Positions 25,780-40,984 of a stretch of 64,000 nucleotides of DNA are shown here, in pieces; position 1 is the stretch's first letter, and each line of letters begins with the position of its first letter. The position numbers were made by a program, and so were the translations under genes. The notes beneath the pieces are model-generated. The model was not told the DNA's origin. It searched no databases and saw only the letters and a list, made by a program, of their open reading frames with translations. This DNA comes from Octopus sinensis (taxonomy: Eukaryota). The DNA is taken from positions 106,950,001 to 107,014,000 of the forward strand of contig NC_042998.1 in assembly GCF_006345805.1 (NCBI RefSeq). The letters are read 5' to 3'.

Positions 25780-26400
25780 ACACTATTCCTGGGAGGATTA
25801 TTGAGGTAAAGTCCTTAGGCATCCCCTCCATAGAGTTCTATCAGAAGCAACCGCTACTACACTTTCTGATTGGATTCCTAAATCTGACCAAATGAGACTA
25901 TAAATATTATCCGACCAACTCGTTCTAGGTCTCCTGTCCGTTGGTTCGGCTTTAAAAATCCGTACTCCTATTCTTTTCTGTGGCATTATAATCACATGCC
26001 CGTAGTACTAGAACTGTGAGCTTTTAATGCGAAAAAAGTTGCTCTACCTGGAAAGACTCCCTGATCGCCAAGCGACGCACCCCGTCGAGTAACATTACTC
26101 CAGAGATCCTTCAACCATTTCGGCCGCTTGTATTCGTGATCGTTCCCTTGAAGTCATTACCCAACATCCATGACCCGAGATGGAGATAGCACACAAATTG
26201 AAATGAAGATAGCAAGTTTGAGCTTTTCACCAACCTCTCCCCCTCTGACGATCAAATGCTGGAGATGGGGCATTCCTGTGCAAGCACATACAATTCTAGC
26301 ATCCATTTCAGCCTCCTGTTTGCCTTCATTCGTTAATACGGCCTCGATATTTCCTTCTATTAGGAACTTATTTCTGAAATTTTGACTATCTACTTATCTT
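25780..26400 (-). mobile_element. RTE-clade LINE 3' fragment (second family)
   Basis: TNEGKQEAEMDARI…GCWVMTSRERSRIQAAEM…YGHVIIMP…RRPRTSWSDNI…LGIQSE…RTLWRGCLRTLP. Confidence 0.8.
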
Positions 26401-26852
26401 AATGATATCATCCCCTTTTTACTCCATGTAAATATCCACTGTTTGCATTTCGTTCTTGTGCTGTCCATAACATCTTTTTGGCCCTTGTAGCCAATAAGTG
26501 AAACTAGTATTGTTGTTGTTTAATCATAAATAGAAACGATAGCAATAAATTCATATTAATGACAGAATGTAAGGAAAGAATCGGTGATATTAATCTTATA
26601 TATATTAATAAAATAATTTATATGTATTTATACAAAACGAAAGCTCATTCAAATAGAATATAGATCCGAGTTATCACACACGGGGCAAACAGAAATAAAC
26701 TTATGAATATATTCTTCTGGCTCGATGCCAGACTAACATAAGTTAGTGAATATCTTTATGTTCACATGATAAATCAGTCACTTATCGTAGTTTAATGTGT
26801 ATGTGTGCGCACGTGCATGTGTGTGTGCGCACGTGCATGTGTGCGTCCGAGT

Positions 26853-26913
<61 letters not shown>

Positions 26914-27310
26914 ACAGATGAAGGTACCGTCAAATATGTGCATTCCTTAACTTAAACACCCACCATTTTAATTTTCCGATAATTGATATTTCGGATCAAT
27001 GCCCTCTTGACAAAACAAAAAAGGAATTAAGACTGTTTTAAAGCTATGGTTCCGGTCCATTTTGATTGGAATCGACTAACTATACGTAGTGTACCACCTC
27101 GTTACCCACTATATGTAGGTAAGAAACAACCCAATCCGCTTTGTGTCCCTCGAACAGTCACCACCCTATCGGTGCAAGCAAATTGCTTCACGGATGTTCC
27201 CCCAGCAGTTCAAAATTCATTTCTTTTGTCTCGCTGTCGATGTATATAACATGTAAAATTCAATTATTTTATCCTCATCTCCGCAAGGTGTAATTATACA
27301 GATTCGTGTG

Positions 27311-27543
27311 GTGGTGTGTATCTCTGGCAGAGACGTTAGCACGCCGGCTGAAATGCTTAGCGGTATTTCGTCTGCCGTTACGTTCGGGGTTCACATTCCG
27401 CCGAGGTCGACTTTGCCTTTCATCCTTTCGGGGTCGATAGATTAAGTACCAGCGACACACTGGGGTCGATATAATCGACTTAATCCGTTTGTCTGTCCTT
27501 GTTCGTCCTCTCTGTGTTTAGCCCCTTGTGGGTAGTAAAGAAA
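27311..27543 (+). mobile_element. tRNA-derived SINE family B (Meta-domain-like core)
   Basis: TGGCAGAGACGTTAGCACG A-box region, GTTCACATTCC B-box, core GCCTTTCATCCTTTCGGGGTCGATAGATTAAGTACCAG. Domain name is from recall. Confidence 0.8.
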
Positions 27544-28244
27544 CATGTGTGTATCTCTCTCATTTTATTATTTATTGATTGGAGAGGATTTAATGAGAGT
27601 CAATCTGTTCTTAAAATATTAGTTGGATAATTTTTCAACAACGAAGCGATTCTTCTATCTGCTATTTATTTAAAATAAATCACATTCATTTCAACCTAGC
27701 GATGTTTTGGGCTCATATCTGATTGATACGACAAAACAGGAAATAAGAGTTGAAACAAGCTAAGCATCCATTTTGCTCCGCATTGAGCACATAACGACAG
27801 TAGTAAGGTAATCTAAATTCGCCACCTAAAAGCCACATCCGATCTCTTCGTTGAGAAATACCTTTTTCTGAGAAAACATCCCTGTCATGCGTTGTGTTTG
27901 TCGAATGGACAGTAGCAGCCACCACTCGCTGCAAACAAATTCTGTAACCAATTTCTCCCTAATATACAGTGGCTACTAAAGAATTTAGATGGAATTCTCA
28001 GCCGGTGGATTTAGATTGCCGGAATACTGCCATCAAATCTGTCTTAATTCCTCTTACCATATCTTGGGGACGTGGGACCGAAACATCAGTGAATTAAAAT
28101 TTATGTTAAAATTTGTTTTAAAATTCTCTTCCTTGTTGACTTCTTTAACTCACATTTTAAAAACACAATTGTACTAATATATTTTCTCAAAACCAAGAGA
28201 TAATCGATGCATACAATATATATAGGATGTGTGTGTGTGTGTGG

Positions 28245-28291
<47 letters not shown>

Positions 28292-28689
28292 ATAACAGAT
28301 GAAGGTACCGTCAAATATGTGCATTCCTTAACTTAACACCCACCATTTTAATTTTCCGATAATTGATATTTCGGATCAATGCCCTCTTGACAAAACAAAA
28401 AAGGAATTAAGACTGTTTTAAAGCTATGGTTCCGGTCCATTTTGATTGGAATCGACTAACTATACGTAGTGTACCACCTCGTTACCCACTATATGTAGGT
28501 AAGAAACAACCAATCCGCTTTGTGTCCCTCGAACAGTCACCACCCTATCGGTGCAAGCAAATTGCTTCACGGATGTTCCCCCAGCAGTTCAAAATTCATT
28601 TCTTTTGTCTCGCTGTCGATGTATATAACATGTAAAATTCAATTATTTTATCCTCATCTCCGCAAGGTGTAATTATACAGATTCGTGTG

Positions 28690-28922
28690 GTGGTGTGTAT
28701 CTCTGGCAGAGACGTTAGCACGCCGGCTGAAATGCTTAGCGGTATTTCGTCTGCCGTTACGTTCGGGGTTCACATTCCGCCGAGGTCGACTTTGCCTTTC
28801 ATCCTTTCGGGGTCGATAATTAAGTACCAGCGACACACTGGGGTCGATATAATCGACTTAATCCGTTTGTCTGTCCTTGTTCGTCCTCTCTGTGTTTAGC
28901 CCCTTGTGGGTAGTAAAGAAAC
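28690..28922 (+). mobile_element. SINE family B, duplicate copy in the tandem unit
   Basis: Near-identical to 27311-27543. Confidence 0.8.
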
Positions 28923-29619
28923 ATGTGTGTATCTCTCTCATTTTATTATTTATGATTGGAGAGGATTTAATGAGAGTCAATCTGTTCTTAAAATATTAGT
29001 TGGATAATTTTTCAACAACGAAGCGATTCTTCTATCTGCTATTTATTTAAAATAAATCACATTCATTTCAACCTAGCGATGTTTTGGGCTCATATCTGAT
29101 TGATACGACAAAACAGGAAATAAGAGTTGAAACAAGCTAAGCATCCATTTTGCTCCGCATTGAGCACATAACGACAGTAGTAAGGTAATCTAATTCGCCA
29201 CCTAAAAGCCACATCCGATCTCTTCGTTGAGAAATACCTTTTTCTGAGAAAACATCCCTGTCATGCGTTGTGTTTGTCGAATGGACAGTAGCAGCCACCA
29301 CTCGCTGCAAACAAATTCTGTAACCAATTTCTCCCTAATATACAGTGGCTACTAAAGAATTTAGATGGAATTCTCAGCCGGTGGATTTAGATTGCCGAAT
29401 ACTGCCATCAAATCTGTCTTAATTCCTCTTACCATATCTTGGGGACGTGGGACCGAAACATCAGTGAATTAAAATTTATGTTAAAATTTGTTTTAAAATT
29501 CTCTTCCTTGTTGACTTCTTTAACTCACATTTTAAAAACACAATTGTACTAATATATTTTCTCAAAACCAAGAGATAATCGATGCATACAATATATATAG
29601 GATGTGTGTGTGTGTGTGG

Positions 29620-29710
<91 letters not shown>

Positions 29711-29753
29711 CACACATATGTGAATGTATATAAAAGTCGAAACAGTTTGATTC

Positions 29754-29781
<28 letters not shown>

Positions 29782-29806
<25 letters not shown>

Positions 29807-30068
29807 GAGGGAATATTATTCCTAACTTACAGGGAAAAATTCAATTTAGAAATACTAAATCAAATTTCACAAAATATAATATATATATATAAATTAGAAA
29901 ATACCACTTTTTATCAATTCAAAAATGAAAAATTGTTTTGCACATTACTTAATCAACGGTATATTATTGTTATTTTATATTTTATATTTCTATTATATGG
30001 AATTTTCTTGATGGTGTAATTTAATTTTTCATTTTGAATTGATAAAAAGTGTTTCGTTTTCTAATTTA
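29782..30068. repeat. Inverted-repeat element between (TA)n tracts
   Basis: Arms 29890-29934 and 30023-30068 (TAAATTAGAAAA…CACTTTTTATCAATTCAAAA(A)TGAAAAATT) with an 88-bp spacer. Confidence 0.7.
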
Positions 30069-30074
30069 TATATC

Positions 30075-30145
<71 letters not shown>

Positions 30146-30422
30146 AAACTAATATTATTCATTACTGCTGCTCAGGATAAACCAACGAATATATGTACGT
30201 TCTTAACATGTCCATTAGACATGAAGATGTTAATCTGACATGTCCATTACATATGAACACGCCAAAAACAGAAATAGAGAATTTTTCGAAATACTAAATC
30301 AATAAATTGAAACATTAAAAAATCTAAATGATAGTTTGAAATCATTATTATATCTATTATTGTAGAGGCCCAATAGGCAAAAAGACTGACTGGGAAAAGT
30401 CCACATTTGTATTTGAGCTCAC

Positions 30423-30479
30423 CCAGTTAACTCAAATTTGCCATACTCCAGATCCTGGATTTCAATGGTCGTCTCGTTG
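30423..30479 (-). CDS. Candidate internal coding exon of an unidentified gene (NETTIEIQDLEYGKFELT)
   Basis: Pyrimidine tract + TAG acceptor, GG|GTGAGC donor, 57 nt, only the phase 2-2 frame open. No homology recognised, and the plus strand also has an open frame here. Confidence 0.28.
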
Positions 30480-30909
30480 CTACAGTCATAAAATTGTTTG
30501 AAAACAAGAATAAAAATAATTTCAAGTTTTTGAAGTATGTGTATACGTGTGTATGTGTGTAAGTGTATGTGTATCAGTGCTTGAGTAGGTATATTTGTGC
30601 ACGTGAAAAAACTTCATTTATCTGTTTTCATTCCTCATTGGTTACAAGCATTCTAAATATTTAGAAACACGCACACACATATACATACACGCTCGCACAC
30701 ACTCGAACATACGTTCACATACGCATATACACACCCACCCACACACACACACACACATATACACATATATAAAAATGTGTACTGTACGATATGTATTCAG
30801 AAAATATGAAATTTAAAATGTACTTTAAAAAAGAAATATTTACATTTACTTATTTACTTAAGTTGTTCCATAATTCACAATTACATCATTCTCAAAACCA
30901 GTTATATAT

Positions 30910-30979
<70 letters not shown>

Positions 30980-31159
30980 AATAAGAAAATGGAAGGGATC
31001 AATAGGTGGTTCATCAGCTTTTAGACATTATATTATGTTAATTTATTTATTTACTAAACTGACAATTACAAGAATATACATACATTTATAACATATTATG
31101 CTTTACATATAAGATATAAAATATATTAATATATAAAGATACCAGTAATTATTACAATA

Positions 31160-31650
31160 TAACAATATAATGTCTAAAAGTTGATGAACCACCTCCATTT
31201 TCTTATTGCTCTATTAATTAATGGTAAAATATCTCTTTACCTTCACCCATTTAGTACAGTAGGTAATGTAATTGCAATGCAATAAAAAAACACTTGTGTA
31301 TTAATAATTGGGTATTCTACCAGCAGTATATTGGATAGATATTATCCCTTAGCTGGTTGGATTCACAACCTCTAACTGTATTGGTGTATATATATAGAGA
31401 GAGAGAGAGAAAGAGAGACAGACAGACAGACAGACAGAGACAGACAGACAGACAGACAGACAGAGACAGGGAGACTTTTTTAAGCATATTGCACAATTAC
31501 TTATATGTAGGTTAGCACTGGTTTCAAGTAGGAAAACAGACCCTAAATGAGTATCTGGAAATCTTACAATCATCGTACTCGAGTGACGGCCCAATGATTG
31601 TAGAATTTTTCTGAACCACTTAGGTTCCGTTGTATATGAAAGCAATGCTA
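31160..31650 (-). mobile_element. L1/Tx1-like LINE 3' remnant
   Basis: Decayed C-terminal region (…NCAICLK) interrupted by (GA)/(GACA) repeats. Homologous to 11200-11345. Confidence 0.4.
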
Positions 31651-32018
31651 ATCTGCAAACGAATATTTCTGTTGTAGCCTTAAGAAAGTAAATAATTACT
31701 TATCACTTATTGATTTATATAACAATGCATTTTTGTGTTTTGATATAATACAAATGCACACTCACTGGCTCACAAATACACACACACACATGCACACACG
31801 CATGCACATACACATGCACATATAAGCATATATTCATAAAACATTAGGATGTAATTTTGGAGTCATTATTTGTGTATAATCATGTAAGCGTGTATACGTC
31901 AATTAGACACTTGGATATAATTTGAGGGAGACTTGGCTGATATTTCTGTTAGGTGTTGCTAATATACAGAAGTCTGCCTCATCAGCTCATACATGTCTTC
32001 ATGCGTGTGTTCATATAC

Positions 32019-32063
<45 letters not shown>

Positions 32064-32822
32064 ACACACACACATACACACACACATATATGGCAGTAGA
32101 TTGTCTTTTGAGGGATATTTAGGTGCTATTTCTATGAGGTCTAGATACCATGAGAATGTTTTCTCGATGGATGCACAGTCTTACACGAGCAAATGTTTTA
32201 TAAGACGTTTGGTTTTAATATGCTGTGTATAAATTTGCATAATATTTGTGGGCTTCCCATTTTCGGCATGAGGTCATTTCTTATTTGTCACATTTATTTC
32301 TGTTATTTTCTATTCAAAGTAAATCCAATACTTCTTTATATACTATTGTTACATGTTTTACCAGAAGCAGCATAAACAAACAAAACATGCATGAATTTCT
32401 ATTTCTTGAACATGCAATATAAAGTGATCCGTGAGAAGAGCAATGTTCTTCCAATTGTAGCTTAGCAACAAATCAAGTTTCTCCTTGTGATTTACTTCTG
32501 GGAGTAAAAGAGCTTAGCTTTACATGAAATTATATCACTTTGTGTACGAAATGTTTTTTACAGAATTAGTTGGTATCGTGGGTATTCAGTTTAACAAAGC
32601 CCCTTTTTTCGTGGAATTACTAATCAGAACATTTAGGTTTCATTGATATTTTAATTTGGAAGTATTATTTCTCTTAGTTCATTCACTGATTTAGTTTTAT
32701 AACTATTGAATTAATTTTGCAGTTATAGAATATTAACTCAATAAAAAGTTGTCGTCTGCACAGAATTCGAAAGACCAGATTAGTTTGCTTCTTGTCGCAT
32801 AAATGAAAAGTGATATATAACT

Positions 32823-32853
<31 letters not shown>

Positions 32854-35777
32854 AAGGAGAGGAGGAAAAGAGAGCTAGAAAGTATATAGAGGTCAAAGAG
32901 AGAATGTGACACAACATTCTTATTTCTTTCACTACTGCTGCACTATACATTTCCATCTTCTTTCTTGACTTGAACACGAACTTCGTCATATATAGAGGAA
33001 CCGGTAGGTTCAATTTTATAAGTAGTGTATGTATATATATATGTGTGTGTGTGTGTTGTGTGTGCGTGTGTGTGTGTGTGTGTGTGTAATAGTGTGTGTA
33101 TGTGTATGTGTGTATATATAACGTATGTATGTAGAAACAGAGAGAGAAAGACAAAGAAAGAAGCGTGTCGACAGATATATATATATTTGTCAACTTTACA
33201 GCACGAAAGTTGGACCTAATAAACTCAGCAAATATTTTGTTCAAAGAGGATTTATTGAAGCAATCGGAAATCAATGACCATATATATATATATATATATT
33301 ATATTGCTATCAATAAATAATAACGAAAAACAGAACTCTCACAAAAATCTTATTTCTATGATTGCTTCTGCTGTATTTGGAGTCAAAGTGAAAAATAGAA
33401 TTGAAAGTAAGAGCTTTTTATGCATCCACGCTGAATTTTGTAATATTTCTGTGCTTTTAGAAAGGTTGAGACTGATTATAATGGTACAGCCGTCTTCCAT
33501 ATTTAATTCGCTGCATGATGTACAACATAGACCATGTACCATGCAACAGTTACATACCTAACTATGTTTACGCTGGCTACATCGATGTGTTAGAAGTTAT
33601 GGGTTCAATCTTCTACGAACGAAAAATGTATAGTTTTTTTTTTTTTTTTTTTTTTGCTTTAGTAAAAGACTATAAGTGCTCTTAGCCACGGAGTCCGAAA
33701 CATGTGGAAAGAAGGGAGGAAGCTATCCTTAATCCGAAAACCTGGCCTGAATTCTTGCACATCAGTGGACTCCGCTAAATTTACCAAGAACGAGGCATTG
33801 GTGTTAAGTTGGATGATAAAACATTAATGCGACTCAACGAAATGAACGTTCCTTCACTTCTGACGTGATTCCAGACAGATTCCGTCGACCGAACTTACCT
33901 CAAAATCTTTGCTCGATAATTTATTTTATTGACTCAAAGATAACAGTTTTGTTTAGCAGGAACATTGTCAGAACCAATGAAACTTTTCGAATGAATTTAC
34001 CGGAGAAATTTCTGCATTTTGTAAATACGTGCACGTTGTTGTGAGGTCTAGAATGAAAGTTTGAGAGAAGGTATTTGGAGCGAGCTGAAATAAAACTTGA
34101 AACTCGTCAATTCATTTATTATAGTTTCATAATTTTTGGTTGTTAATGCAGAAAACAACATGATTTTTTATCACAAATTTTTCTGGCAGCATTTGTTGAA
34201 GTTTTAATTGGAAGTTTTGTGCTTATTAGAGGTATCTTGGTTGATGCGTTGTGTGCAGAAAGATTCTGCAAGGTTAGTTGAGTTCGTTTTAGTTACTGAT
34301 CAAAACATCCAGCGATAATTTAGATGTGGTTATTATGCAAATTATGATGTTCTTATTCTTTGCTTCTCTAATGGCCATTGTTCACGTGCTGAGATAGTGA
34401 ATAAGCACCTCCTTGTTGTCGATGCAACGCGAATGCCTTAAAGTAATGAAATAAATATCTTGTTAGTGAAATGTACTGAGTCCTTGGGATGTCAGCCCTA
34501 CTAGTTATTATTTAAGCAGCTGTTTAGCTACATTGACTCTTGTGTCCTGTGAAAAACTAGAAATATATTCCATCCCTGTAGACAACGTGTGTAATGTTAA
34601 AGTAATTTTAATCCGCTTACAGAAAAATTTACATTTCTATTAAGAGATGAAGCTGTCTCTCTGCCGCACATTCTAAAAGTTAACCATCATTTACTTTGCA
34701 GGTCGGTGAAAAATCTCAATCAGCTGAAGCTGAGTGAAATAAAAACCCCACATTTAACAGTCCCGAAATATACTTCGCTCTTTCAACATCAAGCCAGAAG
34801 CCAATAACACAGTTTCTCAAAATTCTAGATTTAACAACCACATCTTCATGAAATTATGTTCTATTTTAAATAGGAGAAAAAGAAATAATCAAATATTGTA
34901 GTCTTACATAAGCCTAAAATGATGGAATAGTCACTGCTGAAAAGCTTGTGGCCATTGATCTTTTTCGAGGTTGATCTGAGACAGGACAACTCTAGATATT
35001 TCTATTTATGCTTTGCTTGAATTTTTAAAAATTCTTTAATAAATGACTGATGATGTTTGTCATTTGTGGTTAGGAACCATTAATACTGCCGAAGGTCAAG
35101 TTAGTGATATTAACAAAATCGATATTTTTTATTCCAGAAATTAAAGGAAGGTGTCAATTTTCAAATGTTAAGTGACTTCAAGAAACAAAGAAAACAAACT
35201 GCGAAACCGTAGTTGAAATACACGCGACATTTTGATTAAGTTTACACTCACTACACTACATGACAATAGATTTGAAAATAGTTTAGCCATACGTAGTAAA
35301 GATGATACAGAATATGATCTTGATGATAGTGACAGTGGAAGAAGAAGAAGAAGAAGAAGAAGAAGAAGAAGACGACGACGACGACGACAACAAGGAGTAT
35401 TTTATCAACATAACAATAAAATTTATTGGGAGATGAGGAGGAGGAGCAGAATAACAAAGATAAAGACGTGTATAAAGATAGGACTAAGAAATGTTATAAA
35501 CGCAGTGGTGAAAGTAACAAACGTAGTTGTCGTGTTGTTATTTACAATGATAACGATCACCATCACTATCATCATTTCATTAAAAAGTAAATGAGTGACA
35601 GAAAAGATTTCTGAGGTAGATGTAGAAGAGATAGTGAAAAATAAGCTCCTTATTCTTTCAGGAAGGAAAAAAAACACCTTGATACTTTAATCATAATTTT
35701 CTCATAGCTCCTTACTGTAGGAGGCAACGTGAACGTTGATCCAAAATAATTATACGAATTACAAAATATTTTATGTT

Positions 35778-35935
35778 GGCGGTATTTCATCCGTCTTTAC
35801 ATTCTAAGGTCGATTTTTGCCTTTCGTTCTTTCGGGGTCGATAAAATAAGTACCAGTTGAGTACTGGTGTCGATGTTATCGACTAACCTCACGCACGAAA
35901 TTGCTGACCTTATGCCAAAATTTGAAACCAATATT
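35778..35935 (+). mobile_element. SINE family B fragment
   Basis: GGCGGTATTTCATCCGTC…TTTCGGGGTCGATAAAATAAGTACCAG…GTCGATGTTATCGAC. Confidence 0.72.
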
Positions 35936-36709
35936 CCACACAAATCCATAGACATTGTGGGCACGAAAACTAGATGAAGGCTAAAGCAATCACAGTATGC
36001 ATAACTTTATATCAGTTTATTGGTATTCTTTATTGGTATTCTTGGCTTTTTGTTTCTTGTTTTGATCATGTTTTCTACATTAGTATATTTTATATTGCTT
36101 AAAAGTTGATTTATTTGTAGTTAATTCTTCATTTACACCGAATTTTGAATTACCTCATTCGATAATGAAATAATTTTAATATATTCTCAGTAAAGTTCAT
36201 AGCTACAAATAAGTAGATAAATAAAATTAATGTTTTATGCATATCTTTGAACCATCTAAAGTAATAAGGGACTAATAGAACAAAATAACAGTAATATCGA
36301 TCATTTCTCAAATTTGAGTGGGACCTTATTAAACACATGATATAACGAGCTGAATTGCTTTGGGTTCGAAGAGATCAGTTCAGAAACCCATTCTGTATTC
36401 ACTTTCCCTGAGTTATTTATCGTATCAATTAGTATCGACTTGTGGTAAGAAAATGGTAATTTTTTTTCTATTATTCAATCTGTCTTATATTCTAATCAAA
36501 TATACTGTCACTCAATATTGTTTTCTGGCGGGGTTGTAGATAAGGAAATGATTATATACTTTTTATATGAAAATGAAGATAAAATGAACTGAAACGGCTT
36601 GGCAGAAATGGGAAAAGTCACGCACAAAATAAGTTCAATGCGCTCCGAAATTGTCAAAGACGTGCTTCACTTTTTCTAAAATTGAATAAAATAATGATGA
36701 ATACACACG

Positions 36710-37400
36710 TCACTCCATGGCCAATACCCTGCAGATAAGAAGTATGTCTAAGCAAAAGCCAACAATGGCTCAAAAGCTCTGGGCTAAAAGCTGAAACGGA
36801 AGAACTAATTCTCGCTGAACAAGGCTAATGCCTGACCACAATCAACTATTAAAGCAAAATAATGAAAACAGACATAGCACCAAATGCAGAATGTAAACCC
36901 GACACAATGAAACAATTTACCACATCGTTTCTGGCTGTCCAACCCTTGCCATATCTGAATATATATACAGACATTATCGAGTAAGTAGTTAATTCCACTG
37001 GACAATATGCCAACACTGCGACATAAAAACTGACAAAAAGTTGTATAAGCATGTGCCAAACAAGATACATGACAACCACCAGGCTATAATCATCTGGGAT
37101 ATGCCTTTTCAAACTGACTAAGAAATAAAAGCTAATCACCCGGACATAATAATCAAGGACTGGAACAAAAAAACACTTGCTTACTAATAGACATTACAGT
37201 CAACTATGACTAAAATATTACCCAAAAAGAAGTGGAGAAATTGTGAAAGCACAAAGGCCTCGAAATTGAAGTATTCAAGATGTGGGGAGCGAAGGGGGGA
37301 AATATACCAGTATAAATGGAGCACTGGGCATGATAAAAAAACATATTAACAAAAGCATAGAAGTTATACCTGGACCCTCGGCAGAATTTGAACTTAGAAC
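36710..37400 (+). mobile_element. R4/Dong-like LINE C-terminus (CCHC knuckle plus RLE endonuclease)
   Basis: LHGQYP…QWLKSSGLKAETEE…HIVSGCPTLAISEYIYRH…IIWDMPFQTD…NHPDIIIKD…LLIDI…GALGMIKK. Confidence 0.87.
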
Positions 37401-38693
37401 CTAAGCATTTTTCCCGGCGTACTAACAATTTTACCAGCTCGCTGACTTAAACAATAAATAGCAATTTCTGTCTGTTACCATCTTGCTGCCTACACCAATG
37501 AACTGATCTTGACGAAACTTTGTATACGTGTTAAACTAACATCCAGTTCAATTATAGGCTAGTCTATAAAAATCTATAATGGGCCTCCTAGGAAGGGGGC
37601 TATTATTTGACAAAATAAAAAGGGTACAAAGAGTATTAGTGTGAGGGAAATGTAATGGCATAGTGAGTGTGGATGATATCAGAGAAGGAGTATAGCGTTG
37701 TGTAACTGACAAATATGGAGTGGCAGTAGGATGTTAACGTTCATACAGCTGTCGTTCACGGATATACACGCAACGCTGTATACATACATGCATACATGTA
37801 TACACACACACTACATACACACACTCACACACACATACACATACACATAACTAACTTTTAAAACGCTGAGAAAATTAAAGAAAGGTGGGTGTGAGGAATA
37901 CGTAGCTTTAAGGAGAGAAGGCATAGGTGGCTTTTCTGCTGTCCATCGCAAAGAAATACTTACACACATATACACACACACATACATATATATACATACA
38001 TACGTACATACATATGTCTACTACACACCATTTTAAACTCGTGATTACCTGTGTATATGATTGTAAATGTGTGTGTGTGTATGTGTGTGGACGTGTGCGT
38101 GTGTCACGTCCTATAACTGTCTGCCTCTCTACTTTTGTAGGGTTTTCCCTGATGATGTTACATATTGTGAAATTTTAAAATTACGTCAAAATTTTAAAAT
38201 TTGGTATATTGAAATAATTGTCCACGCAAATCCGATTTTGTTATTTATTTGTTCCAGAAAAATTGCAGAAAAATATTACTGATGTTTAAAGTTTAATTAA
38301 TTTTACCTAATCAAAAAACAGGATTTGGAAGCTGGCATTTTCTATATGAGAGCTGTCTATTACAAAATAAAAGCAAAAATCATTACGAAGAGGATTTTTT
38401 ATTAAGCGAAAGTAAAGCATTACAACAACAACCAAACTTGTAAGAACTTTTGAAGTTTAATAAGTTTTAATGAATAAAGTCATGTGAAACGGTCGAACAC
38501 ACATGTAAATAATATAAAGGAAAAGAATCCTCAACGACGTTTATTTGCGAAAAATTGCACAAATCTGTCCTCATCAAAAGGCCTATCTGACGCGAAAGGC
38601 ATCGTCTGACATGGAATAAACAAAAATTTATATAAGACACTCTATTGTAAAAATTGTTCGGCATCGACGGACTATTCAGCTAGCAATAATATA

Positions 38694-39597
38694 CAGGGTG
38701 CGTTAGGTATTTGAGGACATACCTTTTTGGGTCGTTGCTGCATTTTTTGCTTACTCTGTATAATCTTTATTTCAGAAAATAATAATGGTACACCATCAGC
38801 TCACTCATGAATTGAAGAAGCATGTTGCTATTGTGGTTATAAAGGCTGAGCATAGCGATTTAGAAATATCTCGATTTTTAAAAGTTGCCAGATCTTTCGT
38901 CTACAAAGTTTTAAGGGGCTAGAGATTGGAGATGGAAACGTTTAGGGTGCATAAAAAGCACTCTAAACGCTCTGAAATCATCAGAACACCTGAATTTATC
39001 CAGCAAGTTCAACAGACTATTGATTACAATTCCAGAAAGTCCATGCAGTCAATTGAAAAAGGTCTCCATATGTCAGAAGGAAGTCAGAAATGTGGTTCAC
39101 GAAGACATAATGTAAGTCTTATATGGTAAAGAAAGGTCAATTAGTCAGAAAAAGCACAAAAGAAAATAACTACATCAGATCTAAAAGGCTCTTAAACTGA
39201 AAAATCCATCAGAAGATTTGATTTGGTTTTTCTCAAACGAGAAAAACTTTGACCAAGATCAAAAAGTTAACAGAAGAAATGGCGGATGGTTATGTGCAGA
39301 CCCTGCTGAAATTTTAAGTGTTATGCATGCAAAATTTCCTGCAACTGTTATGGTTTTAGGGGTTATCAACAATGAAGTACATGTGATGCCTCCTAACTTC
39401 TTTCCACAAAGTGTTAGAGTTAACTCTGCCGCCTACATTGATGTCCTCGAAATAATTGTTAAACCCTGTATAGACAGTGTATGCAATGGAAGGCCATATA
39501 TGCGTTTCACTAAGACTCTGCACTATCACACATGGCTCTGGGAATGGATGGCTGAAAATTTTCAAGATCACATAAGCCCTAACATTTGGCCTCATAA
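38694..39597 (+). mobile_element. Decayed Tc1/mariner element, maT/DD37D-like, 3'-truncated
   Basis: Starts TA|CAGGGTG. Transposase remnant IRTPEFIQQV…FFSNEKNFDQDQKVNRRN…KFPATVMVLGV…VMPPNFF…GRPY…ENFQDHISPNIWP. Confidence 0.88.
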
Positions 39598-39748
39598 TTG
39601 AAACATATAGTAAAAAAAATTTTTTAATAAGTTTTTTTTATTTTTATATTTATATTTTTAGCTTTAAATTATACTACACAGTAGTACCTCGGTTTTCGAG
39701 CAACTCTCATCACGAATAAATCGTGCTATATAAATATATATATATATA

Positions 39749-40837
<1,089 letters not shown>

Positions 40838-40984
40838 AGGCACGATTTATTCGTGATCAGAGGCGTTCGTAAACCGAGGTACTACTGTATTAAATGAATA
40901 TGAGAAAGACATGAGATAAAGCACGATTTATTCGTAGTCAGAGTTGTTCGAAAACCGAGATACTTAAATTTTAATTTAATAAAC

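Larger units (their letters stand above)
26913..29670. repeat. Direct tandem duplication, unit ~1.38 kb (copies start at 26913 and 28294)
   Basis: Copies are identical by eye apart from six single-base deletions in copy 2. Junctions lie in (TA)n. Confidence 0.96.

Noticed and set aside
27044-27118. Plus-strand exon-like segment (MVPVHFDWNRLTIRSVPPRYPLYV, AG|GTAAGA donor), duplicated at ~28424-28498
   Set aside because: Weak acceptor, no compatible partner exon, no recognised homology.
27862-27928. Minus-strand exon-like segment (EWWLLLSIRQTQRMTGMFSQKK)
   Set aside because: Several alternative acceptors and two open frames; cannot be resolved from sequence alone.
33570-33660. tRNA-like GGGTTCAATC followed by a long T run
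   Set aside because: No acceptor stem, D arm or anticodon arm can be built.
35232-35594. 120-aa ORF with poly-Arg
   Set aside because: Derived from compound (GAT)/(GAA)/(GAC) repeats.
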